A stretch of DNA of 64,000 nucleotides from Patescibacteria group bacterium (GTDB lineage: Bacteria; Patescibacteriota; Microgenomatia; UBA1400; PJMF01): the NCBI GenBank assembly GCA_023382875.1, contig JAHDXH010000003.1, positions 7,608-71,607 on the forward strand. The letters are read 5' to 3'. A program made the position numbers and the translations under genes. The notes beneath the pieces were generated by a model, which did no database searches, had not been told where the DNA came from, and saw only the letters and a program-made list of their open reading frames with translations. This document shows, one piece after another, positions 47,893 to 56,668 of the stretch. How positions within the stretch are numbered: the first letter of the stretch is position 1; every line of letters begins with the position of its first letter.

Positions 47893-48660
47893 ATGAAAAC
47901 AACAACGAAAAAAATATTGCTTTGGTTGTATTCTGCTGACCCAGCTGAAAATCGTTTAGTCGAAATTGACAATTTGCGCTTGATTTTGCCTGAGTTAAAA
48001 AAGAGTGGCTATAGATCACTCTTAAATTTACTTAAAAACCAACAGTATATTTTTATTGAGTCTATAGTGAGTGACTCAAACACAGCCTTGCCCAGGCAAC
48101 TTAATGTGGTTGGCTTAACAAGCCATGGTAGAGAAGCCTTAAAAGGTCAATTTCCGGTTTTAAAAACTTTAAACGAACCATTTGACGGAGCTTGGACTCT
48201 GATTACCTTTCTAGAGGCTCCTAGTAATGACAAACAATTTAGATACTTAAGACAGTACCTGCTGAATTTTCATTGCGGCCAATTGGCGAGAGGTGCATAT
48301 CTTTACCCAGGATCATTGCCAAATGAGGTTGTTAATACGCTTAATAAGTTGTACGTCGGCAAGGTCTTGGTTACGGGTTTGAAAAGTTGGAATTTTGGCG
48401 ATGAAAGATCAACCATCAGTGAAGTTTTTCATTTGTCTGACCTAAAAAGTGGCTACTCTGGTATTAGCAAAGAAATATATTTAATGCTAAGGAAGTCTGA
48501 TAGACAAAAAAGCATTGAAAATAGAGATAAAAGTGACATTCATTTGGTTTTTGATAGGCTGATGGAATTTCTGACAAACGATTTGGGCTTGCTTCAGTAT
48601 TACTCTCCAGATTCCAAATCTGGCCTTGATCTGTTGTTTCAATTGCAAGACTTATTTTGA
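47893..48660 (+). CDS. PaaX-family transcriptional regulator
   Basis: wHTH ending 'GLTSHGRE'; central 'FDGAWTLITF...LRQYL....GQLARGAYLYP'; C-terminal 'DLGLL...PD'. Confidence 0.75.
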   Translation: MKTTTKKILLWLYSADPAENRLVEIDNLRLILPELKKSGYRSLLNLLKNQQYIFIESIVSDSNTALPRQLNVVGLTSHGREALKGQFPVLKTLNEPFDGAWTLITFLEAPSNDKQFRYLRQYLLNFHCGQLARGAYLYPGSLPNEVVNTLNKLYVGKVLVTGLKSWNFGDERSTISEVFHLSDLKSGYSGISKEIYLMLRKSDRQKSIENRDKSDIHLVFDRLMEFLTNDLGLLQYYSPDSKSGLDLLFQLQDLF

Positions 48661-48849
48661 GTTTAACTTTCGGTAATTTTTTTCAATGTTATTTGACACT
48701 CACCTCAGGCATTGGTTTTGGGAGATGTTTAGGTGTTCAATTCTTGGTCTAGTTTGCTTCCTATATCTATTTTCGGGTTTCTATTTTTTTTACAAAATCT
48801 AAAACTAGATTGATATAGTTAGTTGACTTTGTAATCCGAAAATCATGTC

Positions 48850-48921
48850 TGCGGTAATTAACTACCCAGATGGTGCGGTAATAAATCGGGAATAGTGCGT
48901 TAATACTAATTATTGTCCGCA
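48850..48921. repeat. Phased TGCG(G/T)TAAT repeats
   Basis: TGCGGTAAT at 48850 and 48874, TGCGTTAAT at 48896, and an inverted TGCGGACAAT at 48912-48921. Confidence 0.6.
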
Positions 48922-49414
48922 TTAATTAATAATGGATATATAACAGTGCAAAATAATTGCGAAGAACCTATAAGTTAAGTACTTCGGGTGATAATTTGGG
49001 GAAGTCGTTGGGATAGCTACTCTCACCATGGCATTAAAGTTATAAATAATTTTAAAGTGTTGTTTATAAATAGTTATAAGATTTTTACATCTGGGTTGAA
49101 TTGTTAATCTTGATGCAATTTTTGGCAATTATTGCTCCTTATTTGCTAACCAATGAGGTTTTATGGCTGAATGACCTGAATTGGGATAACAGTGAGGGTT
49201 TCTATAAATCAAAGCCGTTTTTGGTCAATCTATTCAGTTTTTCTACTTGAGTAAGTGGAACATATTTGGCAACCAAGTTATATCTTTTGCTAATTGTCGA
49301 CCATCAATAAAAAAGCTTGATCGATTGAGGAAGCTTGATTACTATTGGCTAGTCAGTTTCGGGGAATTGGTAAAAGAACGTTAACGATAATATGTTTCGC
49401 TCTTTATTAGTTAC

Positions 49415-51487
49415 TCAATTGAATAACTCGTCGTATAAATCTAGCACTGGTTCCATAACGATTGCGATGTCTTGAGTTTTATTAGTAGCGTCTACCTGGT
49501 AGAAACTCATGGTATTGGCGATTTCTTGCCAGACATAGCCTGTCATTATGACTTCTAAGTGGTAAATTCCTTTGTCTGCGTAAACTTTGAATTGACCAGA
49601 TTTACTGGTGGTCAAGACTGTAACCAACTGGTTAGTATTTGGATCAATAATTCTGACGACGGCATTTTCGAGTGGTTTCTTGTCTTTATCGACCACAATG
49701 CCCGTGATAATAGGCCTTTTGGTTAGCCAAATTAGCTTTTGTAAAACTAATACCAGATAAAAAAGCAGTACAATGCCATTCCAAATTGTAGGGAAGACGG
49801 TAAAAAGGATGGCTGAGATTATAAATAAAGGAATAGTTAGATGCTTGATGATTCTGGTAAATCCAGACAAAAGTACCCTCAACTTGGTTTTGAATGCCGT
49901 TTTTTGTGATTTAACCTTTGGGTCAACGGGGATTAAAAAGAGCTGCTGTTCGTTCTCAGAAGTAACATTAAAGACTTCCCCCAGATAGTAGTCTTTAAAC
50001 TGCATATACGGTGGCCTTTTCTTAGTGGAAGGGAAAGTGTAGTCCTGATGCGACACGACAATCCTATAAAGTCCTGATGCCAATTTAATTCCTCTATAAA
50101 CACCATCTACGTCAGTAACTACAGTTTCTGAGATTTGATTATCTGAATTTTCTGAATATATAGTTAGCAAGGCAAAAGAAACTGGTTGAAAAGTCTCTGA
50201 GTTGAAAACAATTCCTTGTGGTTTGCCAGCAGGCAATAAGCCAAGAGACTGGAGTAATTTTAGGAATAACTGTAGAGATAAACTGCCTCCAAACTGTGCA
50301 CCTACGGCCAAGGCGGTGGCGACTGGTAGAGCAGTGGCGACTACAGCGGCAGAAATCGGTGCTAGTTCTTGAATAGTTTTAATAACTCCCTCAGGAATCA
50401 GCGAAATCAAAACCTTGATTGGTTCGGGTAATCTTTCGCCAATTTCTTGCCAGATTTCGTATATAACCTCTCGAGGTGGAGTATAGGGTATTTCGATGAC
50501 TGGAGGGGTTGGCGAAGCCTCAGTGCTAACGGTTGGTTCAGGGCTTAACCCTGGAGTTGCCGAGGGGGTAGGGCTAATGGTTGGAGATGGGGAAGGTGAA
50601 GCTGGAGGAACCACAATGACTAATTCCTTGACTACAAATTGAACATTATTAAGAACACTAACCAAGCCAGCTGGATCAGTAATAGTAAAGTCCAGGGTAA
50701 TAATGTCGCCTCGATTAAAAATACCCAGTTGCAATGACCAGTTGCCATTGGCATCGATGGTCGTAGTGTAGATCTGAACAGGGTCATTGGGCGAATAAAC
50801 AGTCAAAACGACAGTGCTATTCGGTTCACCTGTCGCTGTAATAAGTGGCTCATTATTTTCAAGTTCAATTGGGCTTGAGGGAATAGTACTCAGGTCTTGA
50901 GCTGAAATGTTGGTGTTAACCTCACCAATGCTGTTAATAATGAAAGTTGGGGCCAAAGTATCAATAATAAAGCTCCATGTCGCCGACTCAGAGTAGTTGT
51001 TGTTGATGTCGTAAACCCTGATTTTCCAGCTATATGTGCCATCACTAATGCCATTCTTCAGTTGAAGGGAGTATTCGCCGTTTAAAGTGTCGTGAGTATA
51101 GATATAGTTACCGTTTTCTTGATTACCAGTTGGTAAGTTGTCATAAAGTAAGTTTCCATTGAGCCAGAGTTGGTATTTGGCTATGCCTCGATCATCGCTT
51201 GATTCCTCCCAGCGAAAAGTCGGAGTACTTGTGGTGACATAGCTATTATTCTCAGGAGAAATGAGGATTGGAGTGGTGGGATTGGTGTTATCTACGACTT
51301 TTAAAGTGACATGAGCGCTTTCGGTGGCAATTGACTGAGCGGCGAAAGTTTGGCTGGGATACGTTTCTTGTCCACCAAAGAAGTTGGGGAATAAGCTGAG
51401 TACAAATATACTTGAGAAAACAAAAACAACGAGTAGTTTTTTTACTCTAGAAATACTGGTAAAAAATTGTTGTTTTGGCACATACAT
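49415..51487 (-). CDS. Surface/membrane protein with FN3/Ig-like and two carboxypeptidase-regulatory-like beta-sandwich domains
   Basis: Signal/TM, 'TPTFRWEES.D', 'DTLAP', 'GEPNSTV', a P/S/T linker, TMs, 'VTDVDGVY' and 'TSKSGQF'. Confidence 0.75.
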   Translation of the reverse strand: MYVPKQQFFTSISRVKKLLVVFVFSSIFVLSLFPNFFGGQETYPSQTFAAQSIATESAHVTLKVVDNTNPTTPILISPENNSYVTTSTPTFRWEESSDDRGIAKYQLWLNGNLLYDNLPTGNQENGNYIYTHDTLNGEYSLQLKNGISDGTYSWKIRVYDINNNYSESATWSFIIDTLAPTFIINSIGEVNTNISAQDLSTIPSSPIELENNEPLITATGEPNSTVVLTVYSPNDPVQIYTTTIDANGNWSLQLGIFNRGDIITLDFTITDPAGLVSVLNNVQFVVKELVIVVPPASPSPSPTISPTPSATPGLSPEPTVSTEASPTPPVIEIPYTPPREVIYEIWQEIGERLPEPIKVLISLIPEGVIKTIQELAPISAAVVATALPVATALAVGAQFGGSLSLQLFLKLLQSLGLLPAGKPQGIVFNSETFQPVSFALLTIYSENSDNQISETVVTDVDGVYRGIKLASGLYRIVVSHQDYTFPSTKKRPPYMQFKDYYLGEVFNVTSENEQQLFLIPVDPKVKSQKTAFKTKLRVLLSGFTRIIKHLTIPLFIISAILFTVFPTIWNGIVLLFYLVLVLQKLIWLTKRPIITGIVVDKDKKPLENAVVRIIDPNTNQLVTVLTTSKSGQFKVYADKGIYHLEVIMTGYVWQEIANTMSFYQVDATNKTQDIAIVMEPVLDLYDELFN

Positions 51488-51502
51488 TAACTACTTTTGC
51501 CA

Positions 51503-52576
51503 TCATTCATCAAACTTACTCAATCTGTCTTGCTCGAGTTTGGCAATTTTTTCTTCAAGCATCTGCATGCGTTGCTTTTCGGCGTCCTTTTTATGAAGTA
51601 AGTGTCGGCGCACAGCAATGAAGATGACGACTAAGGTGAGGATAACGACTAATCCAGCGATAACAAGAGTAATTGGGAGAAGCCAGAATGTCGTATTTAC
51701 GATTGCAACTTGTCCGCCAGTGCCGTAGGACATGATTAATTTGGCTTTATAAAAACCGCTACCCCAAACAGCATCCCATTGACCAGTGAAAGTTCTCGAG
51801 ACCATAGGGAAGACATTTTTTGATTCAATGGCAATGGTATCAACCTTCATTCCTAGAAGATTATAGATTTCGATGCTAATCTCCGGTTTGATATGAATAT
51901 CAGATTGGTTATCAACCATGAATGAGAAAGGCACTGGTCCATATTCTGTAAAACGAGGCATGGTGAAGTCACGGACAAAAGCTTCTTCGTTGATTGGTCC
52001 ATCAACAACCACATAGAGTAGAGTGCCAACGCGTTGAGAGATGATTGAGGAAGCGCTATCTTGGAATTTTTCGCCATTTAGGCCAACAGGTTTGTGGGTA
52101 ATCATGGCGTAGTGGCCACCTGGAAGCGCATCGGCTGGAACATCAATGATAACGTTGATGATGCCTGTTTGTCTTGGTTGGAGAACTTGGAAATCTGGGG
52201 CGAGAACGAGCCAGTTTTTAAGACTCCAGCGATAATCGACTTCTTCAGTTACTGCTACTGGGGTTTCACCATCATCACCAATCACAAAGTCATCAATAGC
52301 AGTATTAATGGTGAAGGCCTTATTGGAATTGTTACGAACTTTGACTGCCGTTTGGAGTTTTTTTCCTGGAGTACCCTTAAGACTTAAGTCATCACCTAAG
52401 CGTGGTGGCATGGCTGTTAGAGTAATGGATTCGTCAGTGACAGGTGCTTGGGTATTAGTATTTTGGGCAGAATCAGTATTTGGTTGTTCTTGAGCTGCCG
52501 CTTGAGCGAAAATTGTCGGCGCAAAAATACCAGTAAGAATGGCAAATAAACTTAGGGCAGTAATTAGTTTTCTCAT
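51503..52576 (-). CDS. DUF916/WxL-interacting-protein-like membrane-anchored protein
   Basis: Signal peptide, 'VPADALPGGHYA', 'RVGTL', 'NQSDIHIKP', 'NVFP..SR', C-terminal TM and charged tail. Confidence 0.7.
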   Translation of the reverse strand: MRKLITALSLFAILTGIFAPTIFAQAAAQEQPNTDSAQNTNTQAPVTDESITLTAMPPRLGDDLSLKGTPGKKLQTAVKVRNNSNKAFTINTAIDDFVIGDDGETPVAVTEEVDYRWSLKNWLVLAPDFQVLQPRQTGIINVIIDVPADALPGGHYAMITHKPVGLNGEKFQDSASSIISQRVGTLLYVVVDGPINEEAFVRDFTMPRFTEYGPVPFSFMVDNQSDIHIKPEISIEIYNLLGMKVDTIAIESKNVFPMVSRTFTGQWDAVWGSGFYKAKLIMSYGTGGQVAIVNTTFWLLPITLVIAGLVVILTLVVIFIAVRRHLLHKKDAEKQRMQMLEEKIAKLEQDRLSKFDE

Positions 52577-52581
52577 GTTAT

Positions 52582-54036
52582 TTAGAATGTGGCAGTGGCT
52601 GTATAGGTGACATAGTTTTCGTAGTCACCAGCAGCTGTGGTCACATTGGGCAGCACTCTATAACAGACATTAATATTTTCGTTGTCAGCGACAGTGGTAG
52701 AGGAGAAAATCATTTGTGCTGCTTGTGAGTCTTCAGCATCGGCAAATTGGCGTGCACAGTAGGTGCCGCCGGCACAGTTGCCTGTAGTTGTGTTGTAGTT
52801 AAAAGGAATGGTGTTGGCATCGCCATTGTGAATGGAGAAGGCAAAGCCTTTGGTAGAAAGAGAATCCCAATTATCAAAAGCAGTGTGACTCATGACCGCG
52901 TCATCACCAGCAGAGTCTCGAATACAGCTTGTTCCAGTGTTATCACCGGTACAAGTAGCTCCGTTGAGTCCAAGCTGATCATTTTCGATGGCTGTCACCG
53001 CATAGCCGTTTACCGCGTTGGTGGTAACGGTTAATGTTTGCGCAGCATCGTTAAAAGCACCGATGGAAACTTCACCAAATGGCACGGCGGCGGCAGAAGT
53101 AGTCACGTCGGTGGTAATACCGCAGGTGCTGGTGCCTGAGTTGACGCCGGCAATAGTGAAGGAAATGGTTGGTGGAACATAGGCGGAAATTTTAACGGCT
53201 TCAATGACGCCAACGGCGACTGAAGTGTAGTCGTCAACATTAAATCCTGAATCAAGCTGTTGGATGACAATGTTTTGAGTATCGGCCGTACCTGTCACGT
53301 GACCTGATTCTGGGGCAGGGTTGATGATGTTGCTGATAATAATTGCACCTTGGCTTGTTCCGTTAAATTGAGTGCCAACACCACCTGTGCCTGAATAGGC
53401 ACATTCATATGAATGGTACTGAGTGCTACCAATAGTGATTGCTGAGGCGGTAGCTGTTCCAGCAACAAAGTCATAGCCAGAGAGGTCTCCTGGACAGGTA
53501 ACTGTTGGAGCAGAAGAACCAAAGTCATAAAGGTCTGAGTCTGGAATTCCATCGGCAGCATCAGTATCGCTAGCAAGAGAAGGAACTAAGATGCGGAAAC
53601 GGCCATTGTTGATAGCGGTGGCAGTGGTAAAGCGAACAGTAAGACTGGCTGATTGGGTAGAGATGACCTCGTCATCTAAATCAGCATCCCCAGCTGCTAA
53701 AGTACTGCCAATGGTAAAGGCGCTAGTTGGGTTGGTGGTGCTAACTGTATAAACGCCCAGTGAATCGGCATTGCCAATGGCAACACCGTCTCCATTTTGA
53801 AGTTGAGCAGTAGAGAGTGATGGCTGGCCTGAGGAAGTGTTAATTGTAACTTGAGAAGTTCCGGCAACGTTATTGCCATCTAGGGTGCCACGAAAAGAAA
53901 GTCTGGGATTAGACAAAGTTACTGAGACACTGGTAAGACTAGCCGATTTGACGCTATTCAATAAACTAGCACCCAAAAAAATTGCGGGTACCAAAAAAAC
54001 CGCCAAAATCCGCTTATTGCTGAACTTGTTACTCAT
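52582..54036 (-). CDS. Secreted WxL/fimbrial-subunit-like protein
   Basis: Signal peptide; S/T/G-rich beta content; 'VTTNAVNGYAVT'; terminal 'AGDYENYVTYTATATF'. Confidence 0.6.
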   Translation of the reverse strand: MSNKFSNKRILAVFLVPAIFLGASLLNSVKSASLTSVSVTLSNPRLSFRGTLDGNNVAGTSQVTINTSSGQPSLSTAQLQNGDGVAIGNADSLGVYTVSTTNPTSAFTIGSTLAAGDADLDDEVISTQSASLTVRFTTATAINNGRFRILVPSLASDTDAADGIPDSDLYDFGSSAPTVTCPGDLSGYDFVAGTATASAITIGSTQYHSYECAYSGTGGVGTQFNGTSQGAIIISNIINPAPESGHVTGTADTQNIVIQQLDSGFNVDDYTSVAVGVIEAVKISAYVPPTISFTIAGVNSGTSTCGITTDVTTSAAAVPFGEVSIGAFNDAAQTLTVTTNAVNGYAVTAIENDQLGLNGATCTGDNTGTSCIRDSAGDDAVMSHTAFDNWDSLSTKGFAFSIHNGDANTIPFNYNTTTGNCAGGTYCARQFADAEDSQAAQMIFSSTTVADNENINVCYRVLPNVTTAAGDYENYVTYTATATF

Positions 54037-55015
54037 TTTTTTCCACCTTTTTCACGCCTTTGGTTTTATCCAATAGGACTCTATATAAAGAATACAGTAG
54101 GTAACCAATTAATGGCAATAGTAATATTGAAAAAGGTAGAGCAAGAATTGTCCTAGACATGGTAACTTTTTCTGCGCCTACTTGAGAGTTTTTATTTAGT
54201 TCAATTTTTATTTTGTATAAGCCGATCAGGAAGGGTTTTTTATATCTAAATTCATTAGAAACAAATTCTTTCTCTCTTAACTCTCTAGAACTTCCGGAAA
54301 GAATCATGTCTGGGTGGATTTCATACTTTGCTAGCTCTTTATTTTGCCAGTTATAAAGAGTAGCACTGCCACTAGCTTGGGTGGCATTTTTGCCAATGTT
54401 TTCTGCCATAGCCCCAAACTTTATGCCCATAAAACTATCAATGGTGGGTAAGGAAGAAATATTTTTTACCCTCAACTCGCCTCGATCAGAATTGTTTCTG
54501 GTAACTAAGACAATTAAGTTGCTGCCGACGGTACCAGTGATCTTAGCCTGGGAGTTGGGGACTTTGGGGTCGATTTGGTTTTTGAAACTGAAGAAAATAG
54601 TCATAGCGTATTCTTCTTCATTGGCATTTTTGGGAATTTCAATGTTGACGGGAACAATCATTTTTTGACGAGGTTCGAGTACAAAATTACTACCAAAGTT
54701 AATTTGTCCATCGTCCAATTTTAAGTAAGGAAAAGTGCCGCTAGATTTGACTACTGGTTGGCCGGTTTTATCATCCGCTTCGAAATCAAGTAGGGTTGGC
54801 GTGACTTCTAAGGCGTTTTCGCCTAAATTCTCGAGTTTAATATCATATTTTCCCACCTCTCCAGGCTTAATGGAAAAGTAATTGACTGGTGGTGAAACCG
54901 ATAGGTCGATGGGAGAGGTAGTAACTGCATTGGCTCCTGAAACAAAAGGTCTAAGCAAAAATAATAGAGCCAAAGTCAGGGCAAAAATAAAGTTTTTTTT
55001 ATGATTAGGTTTCAT
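54029..55015 (-). CDS. Second DUF916/WxLIP-like membrane-anchored protein
   Basis: Signal, 'SVSPP', 'IKPGE', 'IEIPKNA', 'ENIG', 'ILSGSSR', 'IGLYK' and a C-terminal TM. Confidence 0.65.
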   Translation of the reverse strand: MKPNHKKNFIFALTLALLFLLRPFVSGANAVTTSPIDLSVSPPVNYFSIKPGEVGKYDIKLENLGENALEVTPTLLDFEADDKTGQPVVKSSGTFPYLKLDDGQINFGSNFVLEPRQKMIVPVNIEIPKNANEEEYAMTIFFSFKNQIDPKVPNSQAKITGTVGSNLIVLVTRNNSDRGELRVKNISSLPTIDSFMGIKFGAMAENIGKNATQASGSATLYNWQNKELAKYEIHPDMILSGSSRELREKEFVSNEFRYKKPFLIGLYKIKIELNKNSQVGAEKVTMSRTILALPFSILLLPLIGYLLYSLYRVLLDKTKGVKKVEKNE

Positions 55016-55027
55016 TTTATTTACGCC

Positions 55028-55780
55028 TTAGTATCCAGGTACAGCAATATAAACTACGTTGGTTTCATAGTCTCCAGCAGCCTGTGATCCGCTGATTCCA
55101 GCTTTATAGGTAACGGTAGCCGTCCTATCCTTGGCAATGTTGTTAGAACTCATTACCACCTGCATTTGATCGGAGGCGCTGTCATCAGCAAAGGGTCTGA
55201 AGTAGGTGCTGTTGATAAAATCAGCAGGAACGTCATCGCCAGACATGTTGTAGCCAAAGCCAGGGATAGAGGTGTTGTTCCAGACCCCAGCGGTGGAAAT
55301 AGTACAAGTGCCACTATTGCAGGCAGTGTCGGCAATATCGGGCGTGCCGTTAATGTGTCTTAAAGGATGTTTTTCATAAGCATAAACGTAATAGCCACCA
55401 GCTCCTTTAGTATTGACAATTAAATCGTGGGTAGCAGTGGCGTGAGAGCCGAGGGCCAATTCTCCAAGCTCGACAGAAACATCGGTAATCCTGAAGGAGA
55501 AAGTATCAATAGTGTAAATATATTGGAAACCGCCGCCAATGACGTAGTTGGAGCTTCCATATTGGCCATACGGACCATTAGCAATCTGGCCGACTGTGTC
55601 GGTGACATTGTAACTAGCACTGCTTTTCTCTCCTGAGGTGACGTTGAAGTTGCCAAAAGTCACGACATAAGACTCTGACTCCAATCTTTCAGAGTAGACA
55701 AGGCCACTAGCGAGAAGCAAAAAACAACCAGCGCTTAGAGAAGCGATGGCGATTTTAGCTGATTTGTTTCTACTCATCAT
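55028..55780 (-). CDS. Secreted WxL/fimbrial-subunit-like protein 2
   Basis: Signal/TM; 'VNTKGAGGY', 'GFGYN'; terminal 'AGDYETNVVYIAVPGY', paralogous to 52582..54036. Confidence 0.6.
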   Translation of the reverse strand: MMSRNKSAKIAIASLSAGCFLLLASGLVYSERLESESYVVTFGNFNVTSGEKSSASYNVTDTVGQIANGPYGQYGSSNYVIGGGFQYIYTIDTFSFRITDVSVELGELALGSHATATHDLIVNTKGAGGYYVYAYEKHPLRHINGTPDIADTACNSGTCTISTAGVWNNTSIPGFGYNMSGDDVPADFINSTYFRPFADDSASDQMQVVMSSNNIAKDRTATVTYKAGISGSQAAGDYETNVVYIAVPGY

Positions 55781-56450
55781 TGCGGCTCTTTTGCAAAAAT
55801 TTACTAATTTCCATTTGCATGATTAAAATCTGACCCATGATGGCGGAGCGGTTTTTTTCGGCGTTCAAGCTCATGTCTTTGATTTGAACTAGTTTGGGTT
55901 GAATAAAATTGCTTAATAGGTTGACTAGCTGGCGTTGTTCGTTGAGGCTGTTGGTGAGAGCAATTTCTTCACCCCGATTAATTCTTTTTTCTTTTTGCAA
56001 GCCCTCGTATTGATTTTTGGTGAAGAGGAATAAAACAACTAAGACAGGAATAGTAAGGAGTGTGGAGATCAATTGGGTTTGGTTGGAACCACCCAAAGCA
56101 TAGTGGAAAACAGCTAAAAATAAACTGGTGGTAATGCTAGTGCTGGTTTGGGTGGAGAAGACTAAGAAAAATAAATGAATGTAAGTTAAAGGAAAGATTA
56201 CTGAGTCAAGATTGCCTGTATAGCCGATGATCAATAAAAAGGCAAAGGTTGCCAAAATCATCTCAAAAGACTGAGCGGCTGGGGCAATGTGCCAAAGCTT
56301 AGATTTGCTCATGCGTTTGAGGACAAAATATAAGGCAACCGATAGGGCAAAGACTTGCAATGTAAAGTACGACAAAGCTGAGGTATGCAACCACCAATAA
56401 ACAAAGCCAATTGTTATGGCTAATAGAAGTGTCTGAATATGGGCAGACAT
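55770..56450 (-). CDS. Hypothetical polytopic membrane protein with cytoplasmic helical tail
   Basis: 5-6 hydrophobic segments ('TGNLDSVIFPLTY'), then an amphipathic helical region; overlaps the next gene. Confidence 0.65.
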   Translation of the reverse strand: MSAHIQTLLLAITIGFVYWWLHTSALSYFTLQVFALSVALYFVLKRMSKSKLWHIAPAAQSFEMILATFAFLLIIGYTGNLDSVIFPLTYIHLFFLVFSTQTSTSITTSLFLAVFHYALGGSNQTQLISTLLTIPVLVVLFLFTKNQYEGLQKEKRINRGEEIALTNSLNEQRQLVNLLSNFIQPKLVQIKDMSLNAEKNRSAIMGQILIMQMEISKFLQKSRNDE

Positions 56451-56475
56451 GAATTAAGTATAAGATGGAAAGGGG

Positions 56476-56511
56476 AGTCATGACTAGTATGGATCATGAC
56501 TGTGTTATACT
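56476..56511 (+). promoter_or_regulatory. Extended -10 promoter and overlapping inverted repeat in the divergent promoter region
   Basis: TGtTATACT at 56503-56511; AGTCATGA-N10-TCATGACT at 56476-56501. Confidence 0.6.
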
Positions 56512-56520
56512 ACTCAAGTC

Positions 56521-56565
56521 ATGAAAGCAATTTCACTTGCTAGCCTTCTCCTTCTTAAGCCATAA
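56521..56565 (+). CDS. Leu-rich leader peptide (MKAISLASLLLLKP)
   Basis: ATG AAA GCA ATT TCA CTT GCT AGC CTT CTC CTT CTT AAG CCA TAA: five Leu codons, four in tandem, directly upstream of leuS. Confidence 0.85.
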   Translation: MKAISLASLLLLKP

Positions 56566-56615
56566 TGTGGTGGGAGATTGGTGTCGTGATAGATCTCCCG
56601 CAAGGGAGTTTTTTT
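56547..56615 (+). terminator. Transcription attenuator (antiterminator/terminator) of leuS
   Basis: Terminator CTCCC-GCAA-GGGAG-T7 (56595-56615); antiterminator GGGAGAT (56572-78) pairs with ATCTCCC (56593-99). Confidence 0.82.
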
Positions 56616-56668
56616 GTAGTTTTAATATTAATTTAGAAGAAATATTTAGCCTGAACTGGCAAAGAAAA

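Noticed and set aside
47893-48660. Cas2 / CRISPR locus
   Set aside because: The Cas2-like segment is the central domain of a PaaX-type regulator. No cas1 and no repeat-spacer array are visible, and the 48850-48921 repeats are only 9 bp.
48922-49128. 68-aa minus-strand ORF in the long intergenic gap
   Set aside because: Non-ATG start, AT-rich low-information sequence and no motif; a weak GGAG lies upstream but the support is insufficient.
56537-56668. 44-aa N-terminal extension of LeuS in the ORF track
   Set aside because: It is a TTG-start read-through of the attenuator region; LeuS similarity starts at ATG 56669.
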